DNA of 61,847 nucleotides, the filler included, from a bacterium (lineage in GTDB: Bacteria > CLD3 > SB21): NCBI GenBank assembly GCA_013360215.1. It is 7 parts of 7 records of this genome, joined end to end, with 100 filler letters (N's around TTAATTAATTAA, not from the genome) between each part and the next. Parts side by side here need not be neighbours in the genome. Positions count along the whole stretch, not along the records: positions 1 to 30,600 come from JABWCP010000033.1; 6 more parts are not named here. One strand, written 5' to 3'. Both the position numbers and the translations under genes were made by a program. The notes beneath the pieces are model-generated. The model saw only the letters and a list, made by a program, of their open reading frames with translations, was not told the origin of the DNA and did no database searches. This document shows, one piece after another, positions 22,701-30,700 of the stretch. The stretch's first letter is position 1. Each line of letters opens with the position of its first letter.

Positions 22701-23493
22701 TTAGTGTGGAATCAAAAAAAATTACACCTTCGGAACGTGTTCTGAAAACATATCCTCCATCCGATAAATGAATCCCGCTTCGGACATCTTTCGCCGGATA
22801 TACAAGCCTTTCTTCGCCGTTTACCCATACTGAAATTCCGTACGTCGTGCTGGCAACAATTTTATTTTCGCCGCTTATCAAAACGGAATATACCCTCGGA
22901 ACATTTTTAAAGTATGGTAATGGAACAAGTGAATCCCCGATGACCTCTGCTATCCCCTGATCTGTGTCACCGAAATAATTAACAAAAATTCGATTTTGAG
23001 AAATATTACCTGTTCCGAAAAATTGTTTAGGCCGCCGAGATGTTATCGAATCCCCGTGATATCGGAATATGGCATTCCGATCAATAAAAATGACTTCATC
23101 ACCACGTATAAGTACATCACGATTAAGATCAACCGGCGTATGCGCCGGGACCAAGGGTTTAAGCGATACCACGCGCGGCTGACCGCGTTCAAAATCAGCA
23201 TAACCTAGTTGCTGAAATCCGCCATAAAATAATTTTCCGGTTCGTTCATCAATTTTTATTTGATTAATATCAATTTCATTAAGTAGACCGTTGATTTTTT
23301 TCCACCGCGCCCCGTCAAACGTAAATACACCGTTATAGTTTATCACATATATAATGCCGCTGGAATCCTGCGTAATATCAAAACTCTGCGGGTGAGCTCC
23401 GGAGGGATTATAGATGGTAATACGCGGCGGGATATCCTGAGCGGAAACTATGACCGCAAACCAAAGTACAACAAAAGAAAATGTAAAACGCAT
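19702..23493 (-). CDS. Hybrid two-component sensor kinase/response regulator (beta-propeller, Y_Y_Y, TM, HisKA, HATPase, REC, AraC)
   Basis: YSNLSEGDYVFHVKA, ILPPWFRTWW, FFANISHEFRTPLTLI, NLLSNAIKFT, DTGIGI, GTGIGL, LIVEDN...SDVMMP...LLTAK, and an AraC HTH (YDVGYTSLSHFTKAFRDEFG). Confidence 0.95.
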   Translation of the reverse strand: MRFTFSFVVLWFAVIVSAQDIPPRITIYNPSGAHPQSFDITQDSSGIIYVINYNGVFTFDGARWKKINGLLNEIDINQIKIDERTGKLFYGGFQQLGYADFERGQPRVVSLKPLVPAHTPVDLNRDVLIRGDEVIFIDRNAIFRYHGDSITSRRPKQFFGTGNISQNRIFVNYFGDTDQGIAEVIGDSLVPLPYFKNVPRVYSVLISGENKIVASTTYGISVWVNGEERLVYPAKDVRSGIHLSDGGYVFRTRSEGVIFFDSTLTQFNIINEDNGLSVNSTRNVMEDREGNVWVVTEDGINKIDRSPLSVLQKQHGIKGCVYAIAQTGRNFYIGTLNDLYRIENGKVIPQNFGRINGGVTVGDKHYFASGRGLLSIEKNGQYKLIANTPDATSIAVLDERFLVLGKRVGLSLYDQFENRETPIPNTDDIAGVAQLRSDRKGFLWVESDYGRVYKVDLKNMKTHAFDEAWRMVLSADSMIFMKRHDSLFRYDYRINELVVSTSFFPDTTNIIKALQDNIGTIWLFTSSAVWNGHREGVSWRWDNHRYWRIHNHTQQFAPNEVYRDQQGYVWFLTDDGILRMDLSRIVRSQTFHTVISRFSIGHDSSLIINDRRFEPIILPYAFNSVRIEYGATSYFDETMTRYQTWLEGFESEPGDWSVEALRVYSNLSEGDYVFHVKAINAQHVTQSTMLRFTILPPWFRTWWAWLLYGTIFMAMVTGIVRWRYFQIMREKGRLERIVEERTHLLSVQTQKLEALDAQKSRFFANISHEFRTPLTLIQGPLESMKEKPADEITIESMLRNTRRLLRLVNQLLDLSKIEHRQMKLRAYRGNWDFIKPVVFSFESLADKKKLSLTLDLTPDLPIMYRDRDVIEKILFNLLSNAIKFTNEGGVSVKVYANEGALTIDVEDTGIGISETDLVLIFDRFYQADHSGTRAYPGTGIGLALAKELAHLHHGSLTARSRQGEGTVFSFTIPIIEQSIPDDERTESETHSQESAPEWDDVAGPIQSTTAADTDADKNTLLIVEDNDEIRQYIRGIVSNDYRVIEAADGEDGMAEALRRTPDIIISDVMMPRKDGITLSRELKSDRRTSHIPLILLTAKADTEDKIEGLETGADDYLVKPFNEKELRTRIANLIQSRKLLREKYAKEIFIKDQDFEGETPDDLFLKELTQLIQSNLSDPEFSVEAISARLAMSRSQVYRKLVALTDTTPSELIRKLRLRKAKSLLESQAGNVTQVAYDVGYTSLSHFTKAFRDEFGINPSDTI

Positions 23494-23558
23494 ATTTACA
23501 GATAACCAATACTAACTACTTAGATGTAGCAATGTATGCAAAAAAGTTGAAAACGGTC

Positions 23559-23591
23559 AAAAAAAAAGCAAGGCTCTCAGCCTTGCTTTTT
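23559..23591 (-). terminator. Intrinsic terminator, possibly bidirectional
   Basis: Perfect hairpin AAAAAGCAAGGCT-CTC-AGCCTTGCTTTTT with a long A tract on the left (U tract for minus-strand transcripts). Confidence 0.8.
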
Positions 23592-23611
23592 ATAATCACT
23601 ATAACCTCAGG

Positions 23612-23704
23612 TTACGAAGCCGCGCCGAGCGTTTGCAGCTTCTGCATAAGCGCCGTTGCAATTTGCGCCTGTGTGCCGCTCGGATAGGCATATCCAGTAC
23701 CTAG
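23612..23704 (-). pseudogene. Orphan 3' remnant of a TPR-like lipoprotein paralog
   Basis: Reads LGTGYAYPSGTQAQIATALMQKLQTLGAAS-stop. Resembles the C-termini at 37565-37657 (IATLLLNKLEAL) and 13932-14489 (VLNKLESL). No start codon; followed by the terminator. Confidence 0.45.
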
Positions 23705-23743
23705 CCGTATGATCTTAAACTTAAAGATGAAAATTTCACTAGG

Positions 23744-24916
23744 TTACTGCACTGGATCGTATTGCATATGCACGGTAGAAGTTATTGTGATATTTGGATA
23801 CCCCTGTCTTGTGAGAACTGCAGTCCAAATTACTCGACCACTTGGTAAACAATAACCAGGAGGCGGGTTTTCATTAGGATAGCACGATCCTAATGCAAGT
23901 GAAATAATTCCTTTTTTGACTGGAGAATTTTGAACACTGACAGCAACATACTCATTTGTATTTATAGCTTGATAAGTCAAACTGGCAACTGAATAACCAT
24001 AAACACTCGGATCATAACCGTTCATTCTCGGAATATATTCGTATGTTGAAATTGTTTGCCCATTTACCCCATTGACAGGATATCTTTGTCCGAGAATATA
24101 ACTTGATGGCGGTGTCCAAGTTACCTGCAAAGATAGCTTTCCGCTTATAAATTTCCTATAAGAATTTCCGTCCGGATTTATCAATCCAAAAGCCATCCAT
24201 CCATCTGGCAATCTGCTTATAAAATCATTATAAAAATCTGAACCAGGAGTTGAATTCAAGGTCAAGATATCATTTTGAAAATTACCATATGATGTATTAC
24301 TATTTGACATTGCATTAAAAATATCATCAAGATTTGTATTATTACCATTGACAAAAGACGGTTTAAGTGATGTTTTGACAAAATTTGTTAGCTGTAAGTG
24401 CGCAAATGGACTACTAGCGCCATTATCATTATAATATGTGTACATAGTCGAAAAACCTTGAATACTGTATATCGTTGATCCTGGAACTATTGCACCAGTG
24501 TTCCAAATATACAATCCTCTTCGATATAGGTATCTAGTATCTCCAGCCGAAGGAGTATCAATATCCTCTCCAAGAACTCTAACACCATCAAGCGATCTAT
24601 TGTAAAAATACCATGTCTGGTTCCAGTAAGAGCTGAATTCCTTCTCTAATGTCCATCTTTCAAACGGATCAATAGTAGTAATATAAGTTACAGGTTGGGG
24701 GGGTGTTCCGCCGCCTTCATCTCCTGGAGGTTTATCCAAAAAAAGATTGTTCTGTGACATTATATAGGTATTTGAATGCCCATCGCTCAATTCCGGGACA
24801 ATCTCTAAATTATCAAAATCATTTTTCTGTACAACATCTTGATTTACCTGTACATCCTTATTCTCACATGACAACAAGAAAACAAGAATCAACCCACCTA
24901 CACTTAGCTTTTTCAT
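23744..24916 (-). CDS. AT-rich hypothetical lipoprotein
   Basis: MKKLSVGGLILVFLLSC lipobox, strong AGGAGG RBS, Pro/Gly linker; no family recognised. Confidence 0.75.
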   Translation of the reverse strand: MKKLSVGGLILVFLLSCENKDVQVNQDVVQKNDFDNLEIVPELSDGHSNTYIMSQNNLFLDKPPGDEGGGTPPQPVTYITTIDPFERWTLEKEFSSYWNQTWYFYNRSLDGVRVLGEDIDTPSAGDTRYLYRRGLYIWNTGAIVPGSTIYSIQGFSTMYTYYNDNGASSPFAHLQLTNFVKTSLKPSFVNGNNTNLDDIFNAMSNSNTSYGNFQNDILTLNSTPGSDFYNDFISRLPDGWMAFGLINPDGNSYRKFISGKLSLQVTWTPPSSYILGQRYPVNGVNGQTISTYEYIPRMNGYDPSVYGYSVASLTYQAINTNEYVAVSVQNSPVKKGIISLALGSCYPNENPPPGYCLPSGRVIWTAVLTRQGYPNITITSTVHMQYDPVQ

Positions 24917-24985
24917 GAAATCCCTCCTACTCCTAAAGATTAAGTATGCTACCGATATTGAAAATAATTTATTCTATGATGTTGC

Positions 24986-25014
24986 AAGCTAAAAAACTAT
25001 TTTTAAAATGTCAA
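24986..25014 (-). promoter_or_regulatory. Putative sigma70 promoter of the AT-rich lipoprotein gene
   Basis: Minus strand reads TTGACA, 17 bp spacer, TAGCTT. Confidence 0.45.
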
Positions 25015-25039
25015 TATTTAAAATAACCCGTTGTGTGAA

Positions 25040-25310
25040 TTAAGCGAAAGCATATTTGATAAGGTTAAGATTTTTTTGATTTTGATGATTAAAGAGTTGC
25101 GAAATAGTTAGCGCCGTGATTTTGGAAAGTATTCGAGTTTTAAAGCCATCCAAGGATTTGGCATAGTTGCGCTGGATCATAAATTGATCACAGAGTTGCG
25201 AAAAAAGAGTTTCAATCCGTTTACGTGATTTACGAAGGATGGAAGGTTGTTTAACATATTTTTTTTGATTGGCACGCATAGGTGTTTGCAGGTTAATACG
25301 GGCCGAGGTA
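25040..25310 (-). pseudogene. IS982 transposase, C-terminal fragment
   Basis: ...INLQTPMRANQ...RKRIETLFSQL...IKYAFA-stop; the stop codon lies inside the terminal IR. Confidence 0.8.
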
Positions 25311-26057
25311 TGGACTTGCTATATTGTAAAGGACACTGAGTTAAGGTAAATTAACTTAACAAAATGAGGTCAGAATCATGCACATTATCATAAGGCAGTT
25401 CACAGGCGAGTATAAGCTTGAGACCGTGCGATTAAGCTATCAGCGTGGTAGTATAGTGGAGTTAGCCTCCGAATTAGGCTTGCGTCCGTCATTGATTTAT
25501 CGTTGGCGTAGCGAGTTTGAAACAAGCGGTGAAAAAAAATTTTCCGGGTAACGGCCATAGCCGGACTAATGAGGATGAAATTGTACGTCTCAAGCGAGAA
25601 TTGGCGGATGGACTTGGCTGATCGTCAGATCATAGGATGGTCATTTTCTCAATCTATGACGAGTCAAGCTACGGCCATTACAGCCTTTCAAATGGCATGT
25701 ATTAAGCGTAAGCCTGCTCATGCGATGATCTTTCCTGACCGGGGTAGTCAGTATGCGGCTGAAGCTTTTCGTAATCTTTTGGCTAGTTATGGAATATGTC
25801 AGAGTATGAGCCGCAAAGGTAATTGTTGGGACAACGCTGTAGCGGAATCCTTCTTTAAAACCCTTAAAACGGAATTACCAAAAGGGTATCAAAAATTGAC
25901 GTATGAAGAGCTTCGCATGCAGATATTTGAATATATCGAAATTTGGTATAATCGAAAACGTTTACATTCGGCGTTGGATTACAGAACGCCTATGGAAATG
26001 GAATCTTTATTAACACTTGTCGCTTAACCAACTGTCCACTTTTATGTGGCAAGTTCA
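25311..26057 (+). mobile_element. Internally deleted IS3-family element (747 bp)
   Basis: TG...CA ends with imperfect IRs (TGGACTTGCTATAT...GGACA vs TGAACTTGCCACAT...GGACA). Frameshifted orfA (RQFTGEYKLETVRL...ASELGL...LIYRWR) fused to an orfB C-terminus (DLADRQIIGW...DRGSQY...SMSRKGNCWDNAVAESFFKTLK...YNRKRLHSALDY). Confidence 0.88.
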
Positions 26058-26400
26058 TAGTGTCTATGATGAATACCAATGGGTCGAGGTTAAGTTCTTG
26101 TACGATACGTTGACGCAGGCTTTCGATAAAAGAAAACAATTTACGGCGGCGTACATTATATCCGGAGCGATCAATAAGTGCAGGAATTGTTTTGGGGTAT
26201 CGCCGAAGATGCGTAAACAAACGGTTTTCGCTGTCTATGGAAAGAATTTCACTGCTGAGACTCAAGGCCATCACAGCGGCATCGGATAATTTAGGACGAG
26301 GGCCGGGTTTAGGGATATTACCATGCCCATCGAAACGGTCTGATAAATGTTGATGTACCATTTTGAGTACGCGAGCGAATGTTTCTTTGAAGTTGTGCAT
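26058..26400 (-). pseudogene. IS982 transposase, N-terminal fragment
   Basis: Starts MHNF at 26400 and is cut just after the first catalytic Asp (IIDT) by the IS3 right end. Confidence 0.8.
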
Positions 26401-26499
26401 GAATTTGATTCCTAAAAATTTCAAATTCATTTTTAGTACAGCCAAATTCATGCCAACATTATATTACTTTAATTCACACAACGGGTTGAATAAATGATT

Positions 26500-27699
26500 T
26501 TAAATCAGTTTTAATTCCGACAAACAGGTTTTGATACGCTCAAACGAACGACCGATATCGCTATCTAAACCGACGGACATACGAACCAAACCATCACCGA
26601 GCCCCATCGCTTGACGCTCTTCTTCCGGAATTTCGGATGAGGTACTATGCCCGGGAGCGCTGAATAGCGTTTTAAAATAACCCAAACTCACAGCGAGGTA
26701 TCCGACTTTTTCTTGCTGCATCCGCGTCATCAAAGTTTCAGCTTTTTCCGATGTACCGGCATCAATCGCCAGCATACCGCCAAATCCGAATTGTTCATTC
26801 ATCATAGACTTAAGGAGTTCATGTTGACGATGCGACGGCAGCCCAGGATAATATACCCGTAACCCCAATTTTTCAAGCTCCGTGGCAATATAAAGCGCGT
26901 TACGGCTATGCTGTTGGATGCGAATATGCAAACTATGTAAATTTTTCAGAATACTCGCTGCGCGCATGCTATCAAGCACAGGCCCCATAAGCATACATGC
27001 TCCGGAATTGATATCCGTGAGTTGATGGATGAATTCGTCACTGGCGCAGATGCAGCCCGCTACGCAATCGCTCGTACCGTTGATAAATTTGGTCAAACTG
27101 TGAACCACCACATCCGCACCTTGGCGAATCGGCGAAATGGTCATAGGACTGAAAGTATTATCAACCACGAGTTTTGCCTTATGCGTATGCGCCAGTTTTG
27201 CAAGCGCGGGTATATTGGCTACTTCCAGCAAAGGATTGCTCACCGCTTCGGTATAGATCACCCGCGTCTTGGAAGAGATTAATTTTTGAATGGCAGGAAT
27301 GTCTTGCATATTGACAAAATGAACTTTGATCCCGAGTCGTGGAAGAAAATTTTTGAATAGCGCGTACGTCCCGCCATACACCGTACGGCTGCATATCACT
27401 TCATCGCCGGTCATGCATGATTGGAGTATGGTCGAACTGATGGCGGCCATGCCGGACGCCGTTACCTGAGCGGATGCACTGGCTTCGAGGGCTGCCAGTG
27501 AACGCGAAAGTTCTTTATTGATCGGGTTCCAGTGGCGCGAATATAGAAAACAACCTTCGATTTCGTGATCAAACAATTCACGCATTTTATCCGGTGACAT
27601 AAAAGTATATGTCGAAGAATCGGTAATGGACGGATTGACATCGCCGTATTCACCGAATACCCAGTGATCTTGTATCGCAAGCATGGGATCATAACTCAT
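26500..27699 (-). CDS. PLP-dependent Cys/Met metabolism enzyme (methionine gamma-lyase / cystathionine lyase family)
   Basis: YSRHWNP, SGMAAI, YGGT, EAVSNP, VDNTF, HSLTKFING (PLP lysine), AVSLG and LVRMSVG motifs. Confidence 0.92.
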   Translation of the reverse strand: MSYDPMLAIQDHWVFGEYGDVNPSITDSSTYTFMSPDKMRELFDHEIEGCFLYSRHWNPINKELSRSLAALEASASAQVTASGMAAISSTILQSCMTGDEVICSRTVYGGTYALFKNFLPRLGIKVHFVNMQDIPAIQKLISSKTRVIYTEAVSNPLLEVANIPALAKLAHTHKAKLVVDNTFSPMTISPIRQGADVVVHSLTKFINGTSDCVAGCICASDEFIHQLTDINSGACMLMGPVLDSMRAASILKNLHSLHIRIQQHSRNALYIATELEKLGLRVYYPGLPSHRQHELLKSMMNEQFGFGGMLAIDAGTSEKAETLMTRMQQEKVGYLAVSLGYFKTLFSAPGHSTSSEIPEEERQAMGLGDGLVRMSVGLDSDIGRSFERIKTCLSELKLI

Positions 27700-27896
27700 A
27701 GCAACGCCCTTTCCTGAAGTATTTCATCAGAAAAAAAGGCAAATACGCTCTACATCCAATGATATTTGTCAATAAACGCTTTAAAGTTTTTTAATAATTA
27801 AATAACTACATAATTATTTTATTTAATATCACACTACAAAAAACCGTCTTGTAAAAGTACGGCATCTTCACAAAACGGTTAAATATAATACAAATG

Positions 27897-28454
27897 CTAT
27901 TTTGCCGGGGCCAGCATAACGCCATCCACCACATGGATAATCCCATTAGAGGCAGGAATGGACGCAATGATCGTAGCATTACCATTGACGATAACTTTGC
28001 CGTCTTTGACGCTAAACGTCGCCGGCTGACCGCTAAACATATTCATTACCTGACCGTCACGAAAACTTTCGGATTTGAAGATACTCACATTCACATGATA
28101 AAATAATACGTTTTTAAGCGCACTTTTTTTCTCCGGTTTCAAAAGCTCTTCGACGGTTCCTTTGGGCAACTTTTCAAACGCCGCATTCGTCGGCGCAAAA
28201 ACCGTGAACGGGCCGGGATTGGCCAATACATCCACAAGGCCGCTGGCTTTGAGTGCCTCGACAAGCGTCGTGTGATCTTTGGAGCCGAGAGCAATTTGAA
28301 CAATGTTCTTCTGTGATACATTGTCATTCACAGCCGACATACCGGCCGGCATATTGGCGCCGCCCTTGTCCGAGTTATCCGACGGCTTCGATGGGGATTG
28401 GCAACCGCTCAATACGATGCCGGTAATCACTAACAACATCATTAAACGTTTCAT
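27897..28454 (-). CDS. Fasciclin (FAS1)-domain lipoprotein
   Basis: Lipobox LSGC; HTTLVEALKASGLVDVLANPGPFTVFAPTNAAF...YHV...ASNGIIHVVDGV; AGGAG RBS before ATG 28454. Confidence 0.92.
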   Translation of the reverse strand: MKRLMMLLVITGIVLSGCQSPSKPSDNSDKGGANMPAGMSAVNDNVSQKNIVQIALGSKDHTTLVEALKASGLVDVLANPGPFTVFAPTNAAFEKLPKGTVEELLKPEKKSALKNVLFYHVNVSIFKSESFRDGQVMNMFSGQPATFSVKDGKVIVNGNATIIASIPASNGIIHVVDGVMLAPAK

Positions 28455-28591
28455 AAAACTTCTCCTGAATTTTATCATAGCGGTTCACGTTTTGAACCTG
28501 ATTAAATATATATTTTATTTTAATTAAAGTCAAAAGAGTCTTAAATCTTTAATTAAAAAATTTTTATACTTTTTCTTTTCCACCCAGCTGA

Positions 28592-30064
28592 TTAGTTCAT
28601 CATATCAAGTTTGTTTTTGGCTACGCGTGCCAGTCGGTGGCGTTCCCATAGCGGAGGGAAATACTGCTTTTCCTCGGTAAATTTTTTTACTTCGTCCTTA
28701 AGTATTGCACGAATGGCGTGATGCCGCTCTGAAAACCACTGATTGCGCAGAGCCGCCGTTGCACTCATTCCTTCCGGGATTGGCCCGACTTTTCCAAAAA
28801 AATTTAGAATTACAGAATAGGCTTTTGCTATTCGGGCCGGCGGTAAATACCACATGTTATACTCTATCGGTTTGCCGGCATCGGCATCTTCCAGCATGAT
28901 ATCAATCACGGCATTATCCAGTTGATCCTGTAACAGCGCAGATGCATTTCGCCATTCGGCTACGACTTGCAGTTGCGGATCGTATTCGAGATCCGCCGGT
29001 TCCTGTGTTTCAAAATGCCGAACACCGAAATACGACAACCATTGTTTGGTACCCGGCGACGTGATACGCGAAATACCCATCCACAAACCGATTCCTACCG
29101 ATTCATACGCCGACGAAGCCACCTCGGAACAAAACAATGCGCCATGATCGCGGTAGTTCATAACAAAATCGTACGGAATGTGCTTTTGCAAGGCCGCCTG
29201 AAGGGCAAAATCCGCCGCTTTATGCGGCGCCATCGGATCGCCGGCCAAAACAGGAATATCATAGCGCGGACGCAAGATCAAAATGCGTAATTTTTTATCG
29301 GCGATGTATTCATCCCATGTTGCGATTGCAACGCCTTTCTCAATATGCGCCTCAATCAATGAAATTTTTCCGGTCGCCGAATCAATATGCACAAGCGCGA
29401 CATGCGAAAAATTACCCGGAAAATCATTACCGCGGGCAATCAATGCCGATGTCGGCGCACCGCCGCGTGATACCAAAATATCACCGCTATGCAACGTAAC
29501 ACCCAATACCTCGGCATGTGGTGTAACCGAGGACTCCGCATGCCCGAAACTAAGCTCCGTAAGTTTTTCGGTCTGCGATTGTAGTAGAACTTCTTCAAGT
29601 GCCGTACGCATACCGTACAAAATACGATAAAGTCTTTCTCTAGTGATACGATCGGTCATATCCCAACTACGGCTTTGCCTCTTTACGGCGAATCGCAAAC
29701 TCATAATAACACGCGAAAAATCAGCAACGTATTCCGGCTTTACCGCAACGCGGGTAGCTAAATAATAAACGCTCCGCTCAATATGCCAAAACAACGCGTC
29801 GTTTGGACTCACAGCATTAGTATTCAGTGTGTCGGCCATGCGTTGTAACTGAGCCATGGATTGTTGAATCAATTTGTCCGTTTGTAAGCCCTTTTCATTA
29901 CGTGATGCTACAAATTCGCGCTCTAGCGTTTGCCACAAACTGTCCTGATTCCATGTAAAAGACTGAATAATATCCGATTCTGAAGTTATCCATGTTTCTT
30001 CAGGAATCATCAAAAAGAAATAAAACAAAATAATGCCTAAGGTGAATTTGTATTTTTTTCCCAT
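28592..30064 (-). CDS. Permuted papain-like NlpC/P60 (YiiX/YebB-like) cysteine hydrolase with N-terminal anchor
   Basis: LHSGDILVSRG...FSHVALV (His) precedes YDF...LFCSEVA (Cys), the circularly permuted order. Confidence 0.8.
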   Translation of the reverse strand: MGKKYKFTLGIILFYFFLMIPEETWITSESDIIQSFTWNQDSLWQTLEREFVASRNEKGLQTDKLIQQSMAQLQRMADTLNTNAVSPNDALFWHIERSVYYLATRVAVKPEYVADFSRVIMSLRFAVKRQSRSWDMTDRITRERLYRILYGMRTALEEVLLQSQTEKLTELSFGHAESSVTPHAEVLGVTLHSGDILVSRGGAPTSALIARGNDFPGNFSHVALVHIDSATGKISLIEAHIEKGVAIATWDEYIADKKLRILILRPRYDIPVLAGDPMAPHKAADFALQAALQKHIPYDFVMNYRDHGALFCSEVASSAYESVGIGLWMGISRITSPGTKQWLSYFGVRHFETQEPADLEYDPQLQVVAEWRNASALLQDQLDNAVIDIMLEDADAGKPIEYNMWYLPPARIAKAYSVILNFFGKVGPIPEGMSATAALRNQWFSERHHAIRAILKDEVKKFTEEKQYFPPLWERHRLARVAKNKLDMMN

Positions 30065-30295
30065 TGCTATATCACATTCCTCAATTTGTTTATCCAGAAG
30101 ATGCTCATTTCCTAAATCATAATCGAAAGCTTTTTAAAAATTTACCAAAGATAGGGTATGCTTGGATAGTAAGGTATGTTTATACTATGGAATACTTACA
30201 TGTGTACTCAAATAAAAATATTTAAAAAAACCTGTAAGTTTTTGAGATAAATCCGAACTCTACATATGAACATCACGAAGCAAAGGGAATATTTT

Positions 30296-30600
30296 ATGCA
30301 CCACCGATTAATCACTCTTATGCTTTTATGGTTTGCAGCCTTAATCGTATTTCAGATAACCCCTCTTTCGAAATCACTAGCAGGCATTGACGCCAAGACC
30401 CGCCTCAAACTCAAACTGCGTAAACCGGATATTGTTGACATCAAATTCATCAATGCCGGTAACTGGCGTTACGCCATGCGTAATCAGGGATCCTTTATGT
30501 ATGACAGTCCCGATAGTGATGGTAATGGCAATAATGCCGGAGGAATATTTCCACGTGGCTCAGATGTTAGTATCGTCTTTGCCGCCGGTGCATGGATCGG
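30296..30600 (+). CDS. Secreted protein, 5' fragment truncated by contig end
   Basis: Signal peptide, then INAGNWRYAMRNQG...GGIFPRGS...IVFAAGAWIG; runs into the N gap. Confidence 0.65.
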
Positions 30601-30700
30601 NNNNNNNNNNNNNNNNNNNNNNNNNNNNNNNNNNNNNNNNNNNNTTAATTAATTAANNNNNNNNNNNNNNNNNNNNNNNNNNNNNNNNNNNNNNNNNNNN
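30601..30700. other. Artificial contig linker
   Basis: 44 N + TTAATTAATTAA (stops in all six frames) + 44 N. Confidence 0.98.

Larger units (their letters stand above)
25026..26486 (-). mobile_element. IS982-family insertion sequence, interrupted and partly deleted
   Basis: Perfect 18-bp terminal inverted repeats ACCCGTTGTGTGAATTAA (25026-25043 and 26469-26486). Transposase halves MHNF...PKLSDAAVMALSL...IDSEN...NVRRRKL...FIIDT and TPMRANQK...RKRIETLFSQLCDQFMIQRNYAKSLDGFKTRILSK. Confidence 0.88.

Noticed and set aside
25535-25560. A-run in IS3 orfA as a programmed -1 frameshift site
   Set aside because: It lies mid-orfA, before the FPGNG and leucine-zipper region, so it is an inactivating indel; the true orfA/orfB junction is deleted.
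30645-30656. TTAATTAATTAA repeated six times through the window, as a possible biological repeat or recombination site
   Set aside because: Always centred in exactly 44+44 N; it is an artificial all-frame-stop linker, and ORF ends reading 'LIN' are artefacts.
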